A stretch of 64,000 nt of DNA, taken from Octopus sinensis. Taxonomy: Eukaryota. A model generated the notes under the pieces. It was given only the letters and a program-made list of their open reading frames with translations. It was not told the origin of the DNA and ran no database searches. The stretch lies in the NCBI RefSeq assembly GCF_006345805.1, contig NC_043018.1:7688001-7752000 (forward strand). Direction: 5' to 3'. Both the position numbers and the translations under genes were made by a program. Numbering within the stretch: position 1 is the stretch's first letter; every line of letters begins with the position of its first letter. Positions 13,473 through 26,256 of this stretch are shown here, piece after piece.

Positions 13473-13654
13473 CTAGAGACAGAGAAGGTGAAAACAAGGT
13501 GAAAATACATTTTCAACAATATAAGCAATAGCCATCATTATTATTATATTCAAACCAATGTGGGAGATTATACAAAAGGGTGGTGAAAAATTCATAGCTT
13601 TAAGGGTATAAGTCTTTTACAGGACTTACAAAAACTGAAGGACTGCTGCAACAA

Positions 13655-14266
13655 ATCCTTTGTGAGTTGCTCTCCGACTATCTATCTGCGGCTTTATATA
13701 GCTATGGTAAGACCACACCTGGAATTTGCCCAGGATATCAATTGTCTGGAAGCCGTTCAGCGACGTGCAATCAAAAGAATACCCTCCATCAGGCATTTGC
13801 CGTATTCTGAACGCCTTACTTCCCTGGGCATGGACACATTGAAACTCCGACGTCTGGCAGATGACTTGGCAGACACCCATAAAATTATTAACCATCTTAC
13901 AAACAATAACTCTGAGCACCTTTTCAAACTCCACCCGTCTAACACCCGTGGACATATTTACAAAGTCAGAAAACAGCACAGCTCCCATAACTTTCGGAAA
14001 CATTTTTTCACGCTGAGAGTTGCTGAAGCATGGAACAAACTGCCGGCATCAGTTGTTAGTTGTCGGAGCACTGCATCCTTCAAAACTTCCATGCTACCTG
14101 AGATTCGCCAACACTACACCTGATTTTCTCCCCCCACCCCAGACACACGCAAGCATGTATCTGACTCATACACTGTTCACTTCCCAGACATTTGTACATT
14201 ACTGCATATGCTTTATATGCACTTTCTGACAAGTTGTGGTGCACCTGAGCACTGTATACAATATTA

Positions 14267-14312
<46 letters not shown>
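13655..14312 (+). mobile_element. CR1-clade LINE 3' fragment with (ATT)n tail
   Basis: ORF 13662-14123 LYIAMVRPHLEF...LEAVQRRAIK...YSERL...RRL..DL...WNKLP is typical of the CR1 ORF2 C-terminus. Confidence 0.85.
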
Positions 14313-14313
<1 letters not shown>

Positions 14314-15359
14314 ACAAGTGTGTGAATCTGAGAGGGGAATATATGTTGAATAGAATCATAATTAACTGATCCTCTTGCATTTTCTTTTACCCAAAGCCAG
14401 GAACTTTTCAGCACTCTCTCATATATGGGTGATCAACAACCAAATCTCCTTTTAATCACATACTATCACCTTAAAATGAGAAGGATACATACAATAACGG
14501 GTGTACCTACAATAACTGTGTCCCCACCTTGAATTTGTTTCCTCATGAATTTCAGAAAAAAATGGATATCTTTTAGTGAAATTTTCTAAAAGTACCTTTC
14601 AGATGGTGTAGATTCTGATTAAATCAGGATTTAACCCTTTAGCATATAAACCAGCCGTACCCAGCCCAAATATTCTACCGGTTTTGTGTTCAAACCAACC
14701 AGATCCAGTCTCTCACACCTACCCTACAATTGTGAAAGTAAGCAATCGCATCATCGAAATCTCAAAGCTGCAAGATAATGTACGATTAGCCTTTTAGCAT
14801 TTAATCTGGCTCAAATAAATATTCTACTCGTTTTGTGTTCAAAACTAACCAAATCTGGCTTCTTACATCTCACGGAGGCCAATAAGTTCTCCATGTTAAA
14901 CAATTTTTTCTTTGGTTTCATACCAAAAAACCCCACTTTTTTAAACATCCAATGCAAGCTTCAAACGACTGTTTGCCGCTGGATATATAACATAATAAAG
15001 CAGTGGCGAAGAAAGTATATACATGATTCATTACTATTACACAAGACTCAACATTCTATATCAAAGGATGCCTTTATTTATATATCTCCTCAGCCAGTGT
15101 TGATTTAGGATTAAGCAACATGGTCTGAGATAAAGACTATAAGATCAAAAGATAAGATATAATAAACAAACTGTTTAATCTTCTCTTTGATTTAATTGCT
15201 ATTAAGCTGAGGGAATCAATAAATGTTATTGGATGCAATGACGTGGCACCAGGGAATCCAAAAACTGAAGTCTTCAATCACACAGGAGTCAATAATATAA
15301 ATGTCATCATCAATAAATAATCTTCATTAATGATTTTTTTTACATCAACCACCACCATC

Positions 15360-15389
<30 letters not shown>

Positions 15390-15393
<4 letters not shown>

Positions 15394-15985
15394 GCCCTGA
15401 TGCAGTACCAGGCAGTGGCTCTCGTGGCTTCTGATCATAACTGATTGGAGGTGCTATCATGTACATTGTTTTGTCTTGGTATAAAAGATGGGCTACAGCA
15501 AATATTCTGCTCAATACCACAGATTTGCTTGTCAGTTGTTTGACCATAACCAGTCGAGCATGTCCCTTAGTGGCTGACGATATGTGCATCTCTGATCACA
15601 AGCAGGAGTAGTTGGGGAGCATCATAGCCGTGTGTTGAGAGGGATTCTTTGGAGTTTGGATAATTCACCTCTGGAAACATGGGTGTTTTCTTCAAAATCC
15701 TTAAACAACCCTTATTCAGGGACCTTTTGAGCAGGATGGCTTACTTGACCAGAAGAAAATTCTAACTGGGCCCCACCTGCAAGGTCATGTGCTGTTTATC
15801 TTGATATGAGATCACCATGTCGTGCACATATGGTTGTGATGCAAGTGCCTAGTGTACCCTTATCAGACGGGTAGTCATGATGGGTATACTGGGCTTCGTA
15901 TAATTGTACCCCAGTGTCACTTTGATGGCATACCCTACTTACTCTCTCACTCAATAATAATAATAATAATGATAATAATAATAAT
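15390..15985 (+). mobile_element. About 570-bp non-coding retroposon-like repeat bounded by (AAT)n on both sides
   Basis: Sharp boundaries at (AAT)n tracts 15359-15390 and 15952-15985; no credible ORF; family not assigned. Confidence 0.5.
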
Positions 15986-16537
15986 AATCTTTTCTACTAA
16001 ACACACAAGGACTGAAATTTTGTGAGAGGGGACTAGTCGATTACATCAACCCCAGTATGCAACTGGTACTTAATTTATCCACCCTGAAAGAATGAAAGGC
16101 AAAGCCAACCTTGGTAGAATTTGAACTCAGAACGTAAGGATGGATGAAATGCTGCTAACCGGAGCAAGCGAAATGAAGAGTCTGATAAATGAAATGATGA
16201 GGATGATGATGGTGATGATATCACTCCTAGCCAGCAACATCACCACTACTACTATTACTACTATCACCATCCAGTCTATACCATTGCCACCACCACCATC
16301 ACTAAACTGGTGCTCAATCACATCTAATCCTCATCACCACCAATCATTATCAATCACCATTCTTATTTAATGTCCCTACCACAACCATCACCATTAACTA
16401 GTACCACCATAAACCACCTCCAACATTAACCACCATGACTATAATCAATCGTCACCACTACCACCACCATGACCACCATCACCACCATTTTTGACAACAA
16501 ACACCTGTGCCCCAATCTTGACCAAACAATCACTTAC

Positions 16538-16619
16538 CTGTGCTCCATGCTTTAGAAGTATATCCATGACATCATAATGAGATTTATCAGCAGCAATATG
16601 AAGAGGAGTCAAGAATGAT
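16538..16619 (-). CDS. TNKS: Tankyrase coding exon (ARC3), phase 2-0
   Basis: SFLTPLHIAADKSHYDVMDILLKHGAQ; ttgcag acceptor, gtaagt donor; 82 nt. Confidence 0.95.
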
Positions 16620-18427
16620 CTGCAATTAATTGAAATGGTAATTAACTCATTTGGCATTATTGAGCTGTCACATTTTTTAAAGGTAACACCTAACAACAAC
16701 AGTTAAGAAAAATCCTTATTTTTCACTGTATATAGCAAGATCTGAAATGATCATTTGCATCATCATCCCCATCATTTAATGCCCATTTTCCATGCTGTCA
16801 TGAGTTGGACATACTTTTTCTTACTACATTCTAGCAGATTCAAACACAAATATGCTAATCGCTATTGTGTGCATCACAGAACAAATTCTCCCTTTTGTGA
16901 CTTCAGCAAGGGATTCTAGAACGCTGATGTTTCAACAAGTTTGTGTCTCATCAACCAGAAGCACCGAGACTTTTGAACCTAAACAAGTCACTTGCTTTGT
17001 TTATAATTACAACAACACCAACATCAAATGAAAATTGAATGGAAATAGTCGTTAAGATACCGTGCCGGTGACACTTTAAAAGAAAAGCACCATCTGAATG
17101 TGGTAGATGCCAGTGCTGCCTGACTGGCATCCGTGTCGGTGACACGTAAAAGCACCAACCGATCATGGCCGTTTGCCAGCCTGCTCTGGCCCCTGTGCCG
17201 GTGGCACGTAAAAACCACCCACTACACTCATGGAGTGGTTGGCGTTAGGAAAGGCATCCAGCTGCAGAAACACTGCCAGATCAGACTGGTGCCTGGTGCA
17301 GCCTCCTGGCTTCCCAGACCCCAGTTGAACCGTCCAACCCATGCTAGCATGGAAAACGGACGCTAAACGATGATGATGATGATGATGACATTGTCCGCTC
17401 TGCTCCTTTCTCAAGTTATTTCATTTTGAATGTGCTCCCATAGTGATATAAACATATATAAATACTATAGCCCTGAGCTGACCAAAGCACTAGGAGTGGA
17501 TTTGGTAGACAGAAGCTGAATAAAAAACCCATCAAACACATGGTGTGGTGGGGGAGAGGGAACACCTCATGTGATGGTTGTAACTGAGCATCACTGTCAT
17601 TTGTTTCCATTCTGTGAAAAATGTCTAGCTATGGGTGAATATCTTGTTTGGAAACCGGTAAGGGTTGGCAACAGTAAGGGCATCCAGCTATAGAAAATCT
17701 GCCTCCATTTTTATAACGTCACTTCTGTTTATCATCAGACTCCAATATATTCCTCTTTCCTCAAAGTTCAACCCATGACATCATCATGGTGAGGAAGTTA
17801 AATGAGTGTCAGAGTTATGCCACCAGGGACTTTGAGTCCTTGGTAGAGCCACCCAAGGCTGACAGGTCTGATACTGGCTGTGTTAGTGCCACAACCTGGC
17901 TAATTTGACGGCAATGGTAAATTCCAGGCAGTGTCTGTTCCTGAATCCAGTGGCTTCCCAGTGGCATTGGGTCGTACCTGCAGGGACCCTATGGCGTGAA
18001 GATGTAACTTGAGAACGGCCTGCCACCGGTCATGTATGGTGGCTAACGAATACAAATAGGAACTGTTTTTATGGACTCTGATCATCCCCTGAAACTCCTA
18101 CAGGAGCCGGCTTAACCCCACCTGGGTGAATACTGTTACAAAACAAGAATATATTCCTGTCACAAATGGACAGAATCAATTGCTTGACCTTTAGTCTCAC
18201 CTGTCTGAAGTCTGTATATGAAGTATAAAAGATTACATACACACGTGTCTAGTGATGTGGACAAAACTTTTAAATAATGTGAAGCTGCTGCTAAACATAC
18301 TGTGTTCACTCATGAATACACCATGCCCTTAATTTAGTGTTAAATCACAGTACAACATTTTTATCCCTTCATTGTCGTAGCTTTGCCCTGTGTATAAACT
18401 GCACCTCAGCTTTTTTTTACAGTTTAA

Positions 18428-18652
18428 CCCTTCCGTTACCGTATTTATTTTGAGATGCTCTGTATTTCTTTGAATTACTTTAAATATAACAAAGAATTTA
18501 GTAAAATAACTTAGTTATCATTCAGCTAGTGTTAAGAACATAAATTGTGACTAAGGTTTCTTTGGTGGAAGATTTTAATTCAAAACTAATGAAAACAAGA
18601 CATTTGTACTACAGAGCCAGAGCTGGTCTCAGCCGGGTTGGTAACGAAAGGG
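18428..18652 (-). mobile_element. TTAA-flanked (piggyBac-like) MITE family 1; other copies 24700-24919, 27077-27286, 48685-48904 and degenerate 48025-48232
   Basis: ttaa|cccttccgttac...gtaacgaaaggg|ttaa; shared internal aaaatcttccaccaaaccttagtcacaatttatgttcc. Confidence 0.8.
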
Positions 18653-18786
18653 TTAAATCAAGTACAAAATAGTGTGATTTGTATGAGTAAATACAATACA
18701 TAGGAAAACATAAAAAAAAACATTTTGCACACACATACACACACACATACATGCGCACGTGTGTGTATGCACATAAGACAACTTAC

Positions 18787-18878
18787 TCTCTCGTTTTCTC
18801 ATTAACTAATGCACCTTTCCGTATCAGAATATCCACAACCTGTTTACGTTTGGGGTAAGGTGAGGCAGCTGCACAGTG
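18787..18878 (-). CDS. TNKS: Tankyrase coding exon (ARC3), phase 0-2
   Basis: HCAAASPYPKRKQVVDILIRKGALVNEKTR(E); ttccag acceptor, gtaagt donor; 92 nt. Confidence 0.97.
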
Positions 18879-19995
18879 CTGGAATGAATAGAGACAGAGA
18901 ATAACACAATCACAATCATATACAATAGTAGTCAATACATACATGGTATGGTGTTGGGGGTAGTGAAATGTGGGGGTCGTGTGGTGTACATGTGTGATGG
19001 AGTGCGAGGTGATATGGCATAGCATGTGCATGTATGCATGCGTGCGTGTGTGTATGTATATAAATAAAAAGACATCACAAAGAAGAATGGAGACTTATAA
19101 TTCTTTAGAAGATGTATAATTCTCCTGTCTTCTTTATGATGTTTTTATTATATCAGCGCAGGAGTGGCTGTGTGGTAAGTAGCTTGCTTACCAACCACAT
19201 GGTTCCGGGTTCAGTCCCACTGCATGGCACTTTGGGCAAGTGTCTTCTACTATAGCCTCGGGCCGACCAAAGCCTTGTGAGTGGATTTGGTAGACGGAAA
19301 GTGAAAGAAGCCCATCGCATATATGTGTGTTTGTGTTTGTGTGTCTGTGTTTGTTCCCCCAACATTGCTTGACAACCGATGCTGGTGTGTTTACATCCCC
19401 ATCACTTAGCGGTTTGGCAAGAGAGACCGATAGAATAAGTACTAGGCTTACAAAGAATAAGTCCTGGGGTCGATTTGCTTGACTAAATGCGGTGCTCCAG
19501 CATGGCCGCAGCCAAATGACTGAAACAAATAAAAGAATAAAAGAACATACTCCCTATACTCTTGCCGAAATCCAATGAAGCAAACTCAGGAATTAGCCAT
19601 CAAGAGAACTGTTTAATTGTCCATCTTAAACAATTCTGTATGTTCCCTATCATTCAATGTGGTTAGCCAGATTTGGATTATAAGAGAGTGTTAACAACAT
19701 ACCTGCTCCAATTCCAAACCCCTATTCCTTTATGCTATATATACATATATACTTATTTCTTTACTACCCACAAGGGGCTACACACAGAGGGAACAAACAA
19801 GGACAGACAAAGAGATTAAGTCAATTATATTGACCCCAGTGCGTAACTGGTACTTATTTAATCGACCCCGAAAGGATGAAAGGCAAAGTCGACCTTGGCG
19901 GAATTTGAACTCAGAATGTAACGGCAGACAAAATACCGCTAAGCATTTCGCCCGGCGTTCTAACGTTTCTGCCAGTTCGCCACTATATATACATA

Positions 19996-20375
19996 CACTA
20001 CCGTCAGAAATTAATTAGCACCCTTGATTTGCTCTTCACTCAAGGTATGTGCTGTCACCTAGTGGCCATATCTCGAACTATTGCTTTGTTGCGAGTTCAC
20101 TGTTGCGCAGAACGATGACGTAACTTTGTTTGCAGAGCAGTTTGAGAGTCTACAGCCTTATGATGTTGACATAGCAGTGCAACAACAACTTGGAGTGCGG
20201 ATGCAGACAAATCTTCCTTTGTTTAATAGATATAGGTAGCGCCTCGCAAGGACCGAAATCACACCATACTAAGTTTTCTCATTGCGTAAGACGTTTTGAA
20301 CAGCTCATAGGTTAATTGATTTAACCTATTTAATGTAGAAATTTGAGAAGTGCTAATTAATTTCTGACGCAAGTG
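19996..20375. mobile_element. Tc1/mariner-type MITE
   Basis: TIRs cactaccgtcagaaattaattagcac / gtgctaattaatttctgacgcaagtg; TA on the left flank. Confidence 0.75.
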
Positions 20376-20754
20376 CATATACCATTGGCTAACACATATA
20401 CAGAGTATGTGCTTTGTTTAAACTCCCAAATGCTGTAGGACAATGTTCAGACAAAGAAAGTTCCCTGCATGACTCCAAGTGTTAAAGAACACCAAATGTG
20501 CCGGACCAGGTGAGAGACAACTCGCCTCAGATTCAATGCAAATGGGAGATATGTGATACGTTGCCATTGTTGTGGCTTCTCAATGCCATATGCTCGACTA
20601 ATCTGGAAACTAAGTGAATCGCTGGTGTGTGACTTATGTGCAAATGGAATGAAATCTATTTGGCTGATGTGCCGAAGCAGAAAGAAAATGTGAAAGGAAA
20701 TTAAATTAGGAATTGAAAGCAAGTCTGGAAATGTAAACATTGTTGGTTGCACAT

Positions 20755-23385
20755 AGTGTGTGTGAGTGTGTTGCATGGGTGAGCATGTGTGTGTGTGTGT
20801 GTGTTGCATGGGTGAGAGAGAGCATGTGTGTGTGTGTGTATTGAGTGAGTGAGAGAGAGAGAGAGAGTGTGTGTGTATTGAGTGAGTGAGTGAGTGAGAG
20901 AGAGAGCGTGTGTGTGTATATTGAGTGAGTGAGAGAGAGCGTGTGTATGTTTAGTGAGAGAGAACATGTGTGTGAGTGTGTTGCATGGGTGAGAGAGAGC
21001 ATGTGTGTGTATTGAGTGAGTGAGAGAGAGAGAGAGAGCGTGTGTGTGTGTATTGAGTGAGTGAGTGAGAGAGAGAGAGCGTGTGTGTGTGTTGAGTGAG
21101 TGAAAGAGAGCATGTCTATGTGTGTTGAGTGAGAGAGAGTATGCGTGTGTGTTGAGTGAGTGAGAGAGAGCATGTGTACATGTGTGTTGAGTGAGAGTGT
21201 GCATGTGTGTTGAGTGAGTGAGAGAGCATGTGTTGAGTGAGTGAGAGAGCATGTGTTGAGTGAGTGAGAGAATGTGTGTTGAGTGAGTGAGAGAGCATGT
21301 GTGTTGCATGAGTGAGAGTGCATGTGTGTTGCATGAGTGAGAGAGCATGTGTTGAGTGAGTGAGAGAGCATGTGTTGAGTGAGTGAGAGAGCATGTGTTG
21401 AGTGAGTGAGAGAATGTGTGTTGAGTGAGTGAGAGTGCATGTGTGTTGCATGAGTGAGAGAGCATGTGTGTTGCATGAGTGAGAGAGCATGTGTGTTGCA
21501 TGAGTGAGAGAGCATGTGTTGAGTGAGTGAGAGTGCATGTGTGTTGCATGAGTGAGAGTGCATGTGTTGCATGAGTGAGAGCATGTGTTGAGTGAGTGAG
21601 AGAGCATGTGTTGAGTGAGTGAGAGAGCATGTGTTGAGTGAGTGAGAGAGCATGTGTTGAGTGAGTGAGAGTGCATGTGTGTTGCATGAGTGAGAGAGCA
21701 TGTGTGTTGCATGAGTGAGAGAGCATGTGTGTTGCATGAGTGAGAGAGCATGTGTGTTGCATGAGTGAGAGTGCATGTGTGTTGCATGAGTGAGAGTGCA
21801 TGTGTGTTGCATGAGTGAGAGAGCATGTGTGTTGCATGAGTGAGTGAGCATGTGTGTTGCATGAGTGAGAGAGCGAGAGTGCATGTGTGTTGCATGAGTG
21901 AGAGAGCATGTGTGTTGCATGAGTGAGAGAGCATGTGTGTTGCATGAGTGAGAGAGCATGTGTTGAGTGAGTGAGAGTGCATGTGTGTTGCATGAGTGAG
22001 AGTGCATGTGTGTTGCATGAGTGAGAGAGCATGTGTTGAGTGAGTGAGAGAGCATGTGTTGAGTGAGTGAGAGAGCATGTGTTGAGTGAGTGAGAGAATG
22101 TGTGTTGAGTGAGTGAGAGTGCATGTGTGTTGCATGAGTGAGAGAGCATGTGTGTTGCATGAGTGAGAGAGCATGTGTGTTGCATGAGTGAGAGAGCATG
22201 TGTTGAGTGAGTGAGAGAGCATGTGTTGAGTGAGTGAGAGAGCATGTGTTGAGTGAGTGAGAGAGCATGTGTTGAGTGAGTGAGAGTGCATGTGTTGCAT
22301 GAGTGAGAGAGCATGTGTTGAGTGAGTGAGAGAGCATGTGTTGAGTGAGTGAGAGAGCATGTGTGTTGCATGAGTGAGAGTGCATGTGTGTTGCATGAGT
22401 GAGAGTGCATGTGTGTTGCATGAGTGAGAGAGCATGTGTGTTGCATGAGTGAGTGAGCATGTGTGTTGCATGAGTGAGAGAGCATGTGTTGAGTGAGTGA
22501 GAGTGCATGTGTGTTGCATGAGTGAGAGAGCATGTGTGTTGCATGAGTGAGAGAGCATGTGTGTTGCATGAGTGAGAGAGCATGTGTTGAGTGAGTGAGA
22601 GTGCATGTGTGTTGCATGAGTGAGAGAGCATGTGTGTTGCATGAGTGAGAGAGCATGTGTGTTGCATGAGTGAGAGAGCATGTGTTGAGTGAGTGAGAGA
22701 GCATGTGTTGAGTGAGTGAGAGAGCATGTGTTGAGTGAGTGAGAGAGCATGTGTGTTGCATGAGTGAGAGAGCATGTGTTGCATGAGTGAGAGAGCATGT
22801 GTGTTGCATGAGTGAGAGAGCATGTGTGTTGCATGAGTGAGAGAGCATGTGTGTTGCATGAGTGAGAGAGCATGTGTTGAGTGAGTGAGAGAGCATGTGT
22901 TGAGTGAGTGAGAGAGATGTTGTGTTGCATGAGTGAGAGTGCATGTGTGTGCATGAGTGAGAGAGCATGTGTTGAGTGAGTGAGAGAGCATGTGTTGAGT
23001 GAGTGAGAGAGCATGTGTTGAGTGAGTGAGAGAGCATGTGTGTTGCATGAGTGAGAGAGCATGTGTTGCATGAGTGAGAGAGCATGTGTGTTGCATGAGT
23101 GAGAGAGTATGTGTGTTGCATGAGTGAGAGAGCATGTGTGTTGCATGAGTGAGAGAGCATGTGTTGAGTGAGTGAGAGAGCATGTGTTGAGTGAGTGAGA
23201 GAGCATGTGTGTTGCATGAGTGAGAGTGCATGTGTGTTGCATGAGTGAGAGAGCATGTGTTGAGTGAGTGAGAGAGCATGTGTTGAGTGAGTGAGAGAGC
23301 ATGTGTGTTGCATGAGTGAGAGAGCATGTGTGTTGCATGAGTGAGAGAGCATGTGTGCTGCATGAGTGAGAGAGCATGTGTATGT
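20755..23385. repeat. 2.6-kb minisatellite of interspersed 25-bp (gagtgagagagcatgtgtgttgcat) and 23-bp (gagtgagagagcatgtgttgagt) units
   Basis: Unit periods counted directly; explains the three 771-885 aa minus-strand ORFs. Confidence 0.95.
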
Positions 23386-23500
23386 GAGTGTAGTAATACC
23401 TATATGTGTGGGGATGTGGTGCAGTGTTCAATAACCCCCAAGAACACCTCCGACCAGACCAACAAATCAGGGCAGGGAATAATTTTTAAGATTTATTTAC

Positions 23501-23622
23501 CAAAGCAGTTTTGTCTGTCTGAGGATGTTTAAAGTTGACAACATCTGTGGTCAAGTATTTCTTTAATTTGGCCAGATCAGCATTGCGGGCCCCTTCTAAT
23601 AACGAATGGCCCCGATATTCAT
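23501..23622 (-). CDS. TNKS: Tankyrase coding exon (start of ARC3), phase 1-0
   Basis: (Y)[40 protein letters not shown]; ttgcag acceptor, gtaaat donor; 122 nt. Confidence 0.95.
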
Positions 23623-25454
23623 CTGCAACGACAATAATAAAACCTTTGTTAGCAACAGTCAGTTGACAGGGATTTTAAAACAATACAACTCATCAAAGAC
23701 ATAGTAACATCGTTGATGCACTACAGTTGTCATGACAACCATACATCATCACTCATACCGAGAGACATTTTATAGGGTCACTCAAGGTGGTTGAAATAAC
23801 AGCCTAATCTCCTGCAAATCATACCATATATATATATATCTCTCTCTCTCTCTCATCATCATCATCATCGTTTAACATCCATTTCCCATGCTAGCATGGG
23901 TTGGACAGTTCGACCGGGGTCTGGGAAGCCAGGAGGCTGCACCAGGCTCCAGTCTGATCTGGCAGTGTTTCTCTCTCTCACTTTAAAAATGAAGGCCAAT
24001 ACCACCACCACTACCATCACTTTCCTCCTCAAACTACCCATTAACAAAGTACAATAGCACTGCCACAACTATCAGTACTAACACTGTTGCCAGGATCAGC
24101 AAATATCAATAAACTATCACCAATACTAACATAACCACACTATACCACTACTACCATCACACAACCACAATACATGCACTCATTGTCATCATCATTATTA
24201 TCACCATTCAATGTCTATTTTCAATGCTGACATATGTTGTACACTTTGGCAGGAGCTGGCAAGCCAGAGAACTGCACTAAACTCCAATCCTTTAGCATGG
24301 TTTTTATAGCTGGATGCCCTTCCTAATGCCAACCACTTTACAGCATAGACTAGGTGCCCTTTTAAAAAAATTTTTTTTTTTACATGGCACAGCAGCAGTA
24401 GGGTCTCCAAATAATTAATAAGACCAGACCCCTTCACTGAGGGAGCACTAAGAAAAGCACACAGCATCCCCACTATCACAACAGACACAAACACACAATG
24501 CCATCACCACCACTACCACCACTACCATGTAGTATCATCAAAATACTACTAACATACATTATAACTATAAACATTAAGAACTAGTTTAAAAGCCACACTC
24601 TGTGTGGTCTTCCAACTAGCTCCTGCAGCCCCAAAACTAAATAGAGGGCAATAATAATAAAGCATTTATTGGTACCCTACCAATATGATATTACTTTAAC
24701 CCTTTCGTTACCAACCCGGCCAAAACCGGCTCTGGCTCTGTAGTGCAAATGTCTTGTTTTCGTAAGTTTTGAATTAAAATCTTCCACCAAACCTTAGTCA
24801 CAATTTATGTTCCTAACACTAAGCTTAATGATAACTAAGTTATTTTACTAAATTCTTTGTTACATTTAAAATTAATTGAATGAAACACAGAGCATCTCAA
24901 AATAAATACAGTAACGAAATGAATAACTTGTAAGTTCACAAATTTTTGGAGTTCTTTTGAAATTTGAATTTTCAACCGTTAACATATGCCAACAAATCCT
25001 CAACCAGATCTGATCCCAATGCTGGCTGTTCAAGAACTAAATGAAGGGCAGATTTTCAATCCCAAGACCATCCTAATTCCAAAAAGGTATAATATGTCTA
25101 TGTAGGGGCAAATGCAGACTGAGACACTTGGATTTCAGACAAGCAGACGAACAGACAGAATTTTGCATTTATTATTAGATAAGTGATAATATTAAGGGGG
25201 CAAATTTGCAGAATCGTTAGCACACCAGACAAAATCTTCAGTGAAATTTCATCCATCTGTATGTTCTATCATTATCATGAGCCTACAGACATTAACTGTC
25301 TCTTGTCCCAGGACACATAGAACTAGTCACTCAGTTTTTTTGTTTTTTTCATGGCATATAAGGGGCCTCACAACACTACCCCTGAACAGGACACCAGTCT
25401 GTTGCAGGTAGACTACAGCAATGTAAAATTAAGTATTTTGCTCAAGAACACAAC

Positions 25455-25808
25455 ACACTGCCCAAAAGCACCATTCGAGCGTGATCGTTACTAGCGTCGC
25501 CTTACTGGCACGTGAAAAAACAATCGAGTGCCGCTGGAGAGGCTCCTGTGCAGGTGGCAAGTAAAAAACATCATTTGAGCGTGGCCGTTGCCAGTACTGC
25601 CTGACTGGCCCTCGTGCCAGTGGCACATAAAAAGCACCCACTACACTCTCGGAGTGGTTGGCGTTAGGAAGGGCATCCAGCTGTAGAAACTCTGCCAGAT
25701 CAGATCGGAGCCTGGTGCAGCCATCTGGTTTGCCAGTCCTCAGTCAAATCGTCCAACCCATGCTAGCATGGAAAGCGGACATTAACGATGATGATGATGA
25801 TGATGATC
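25455..25808 (+). mobile_element. RTE 3'-UTR tail repeat (representative of about 17 copies: 1-130, 1850-1940, 2605-2915, 4065-4367, 4442-4700, 10220-10330, 17040-17388, 23862-23970, 24200-24380, 34855-35134, 37150-37568, 43555-43828, 57873-58150 and others)
   Basis: Collinear with 31800-32010 of the RTE LINE: ggttggcgttaggaagggcatccagctgtagaaa...ccaacccatgctagcatggaa...(GAT)n. Confidence 0.85.
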
Positions 25809-26069
25809 TTGCAATCATGAATACAATACCCAAAACCATTAGGCCACACAAAAAAGAAGGGGGGTACTGGTCATGGCTGCTCCTTGAAGACTGACCTTGG
25901 GCTAAACAACATATATCATACTAACACGTAATTATTCTGCTGTCTCTTAACAACATCACTACTAATCAACCACTCAATTTTCACAGCCAAAATTCAACCA
26001 CTGCCATCAATACAACTATTCCCATTCAAACAACCTCCACTGCCCCCCCCCCCTTTCAACGTCACTTAC

Positions 26070-26256
26070 ATTGTAACCTCTCCTGGAGTTCTCTGGTGGG
26101 GGCGACATCTATTGCACTTTTCGAATGACAATTTACAAGGGTTGGATCAGCATTGTTGGCCAACATCAGTGAACACACCTCAACTCGGGCTTTCGAAGCT
26201 GCTTCATGGAGTGGTGTAAACTGCCACAAATCCATAGCATTGACACTGGCACCAGC
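26070..26256 (-). CDS. TNKS: Tankyrase coding exon (ARC2), phase 0-1
   Basis: [62 protein letters not shown](Y); ctgcag acceptor, gtaagt donor; 187 nt. Confidence 0.97.

Noticed and set aside
20447-20720. 120-aa ORF or possible LINE C-terminal zinc-knuckle remnant
   Set aside because: Not tankyrase-like, starts within the satellite, and the alternative frames have several stops; too weak to call
20755-23385. Possible CRISPR-like array
   Set aside because: No unique spacers, no cas genes, eukaryotic context; it is a tandem repeat
20701-23431. Three overlapping 771-885 aa His/Thr/Ser-rich ORFs
   Set aside because: All three frames are open because the CA/CT-rich strand of the minisatellite contains no stop codons; no coding signal
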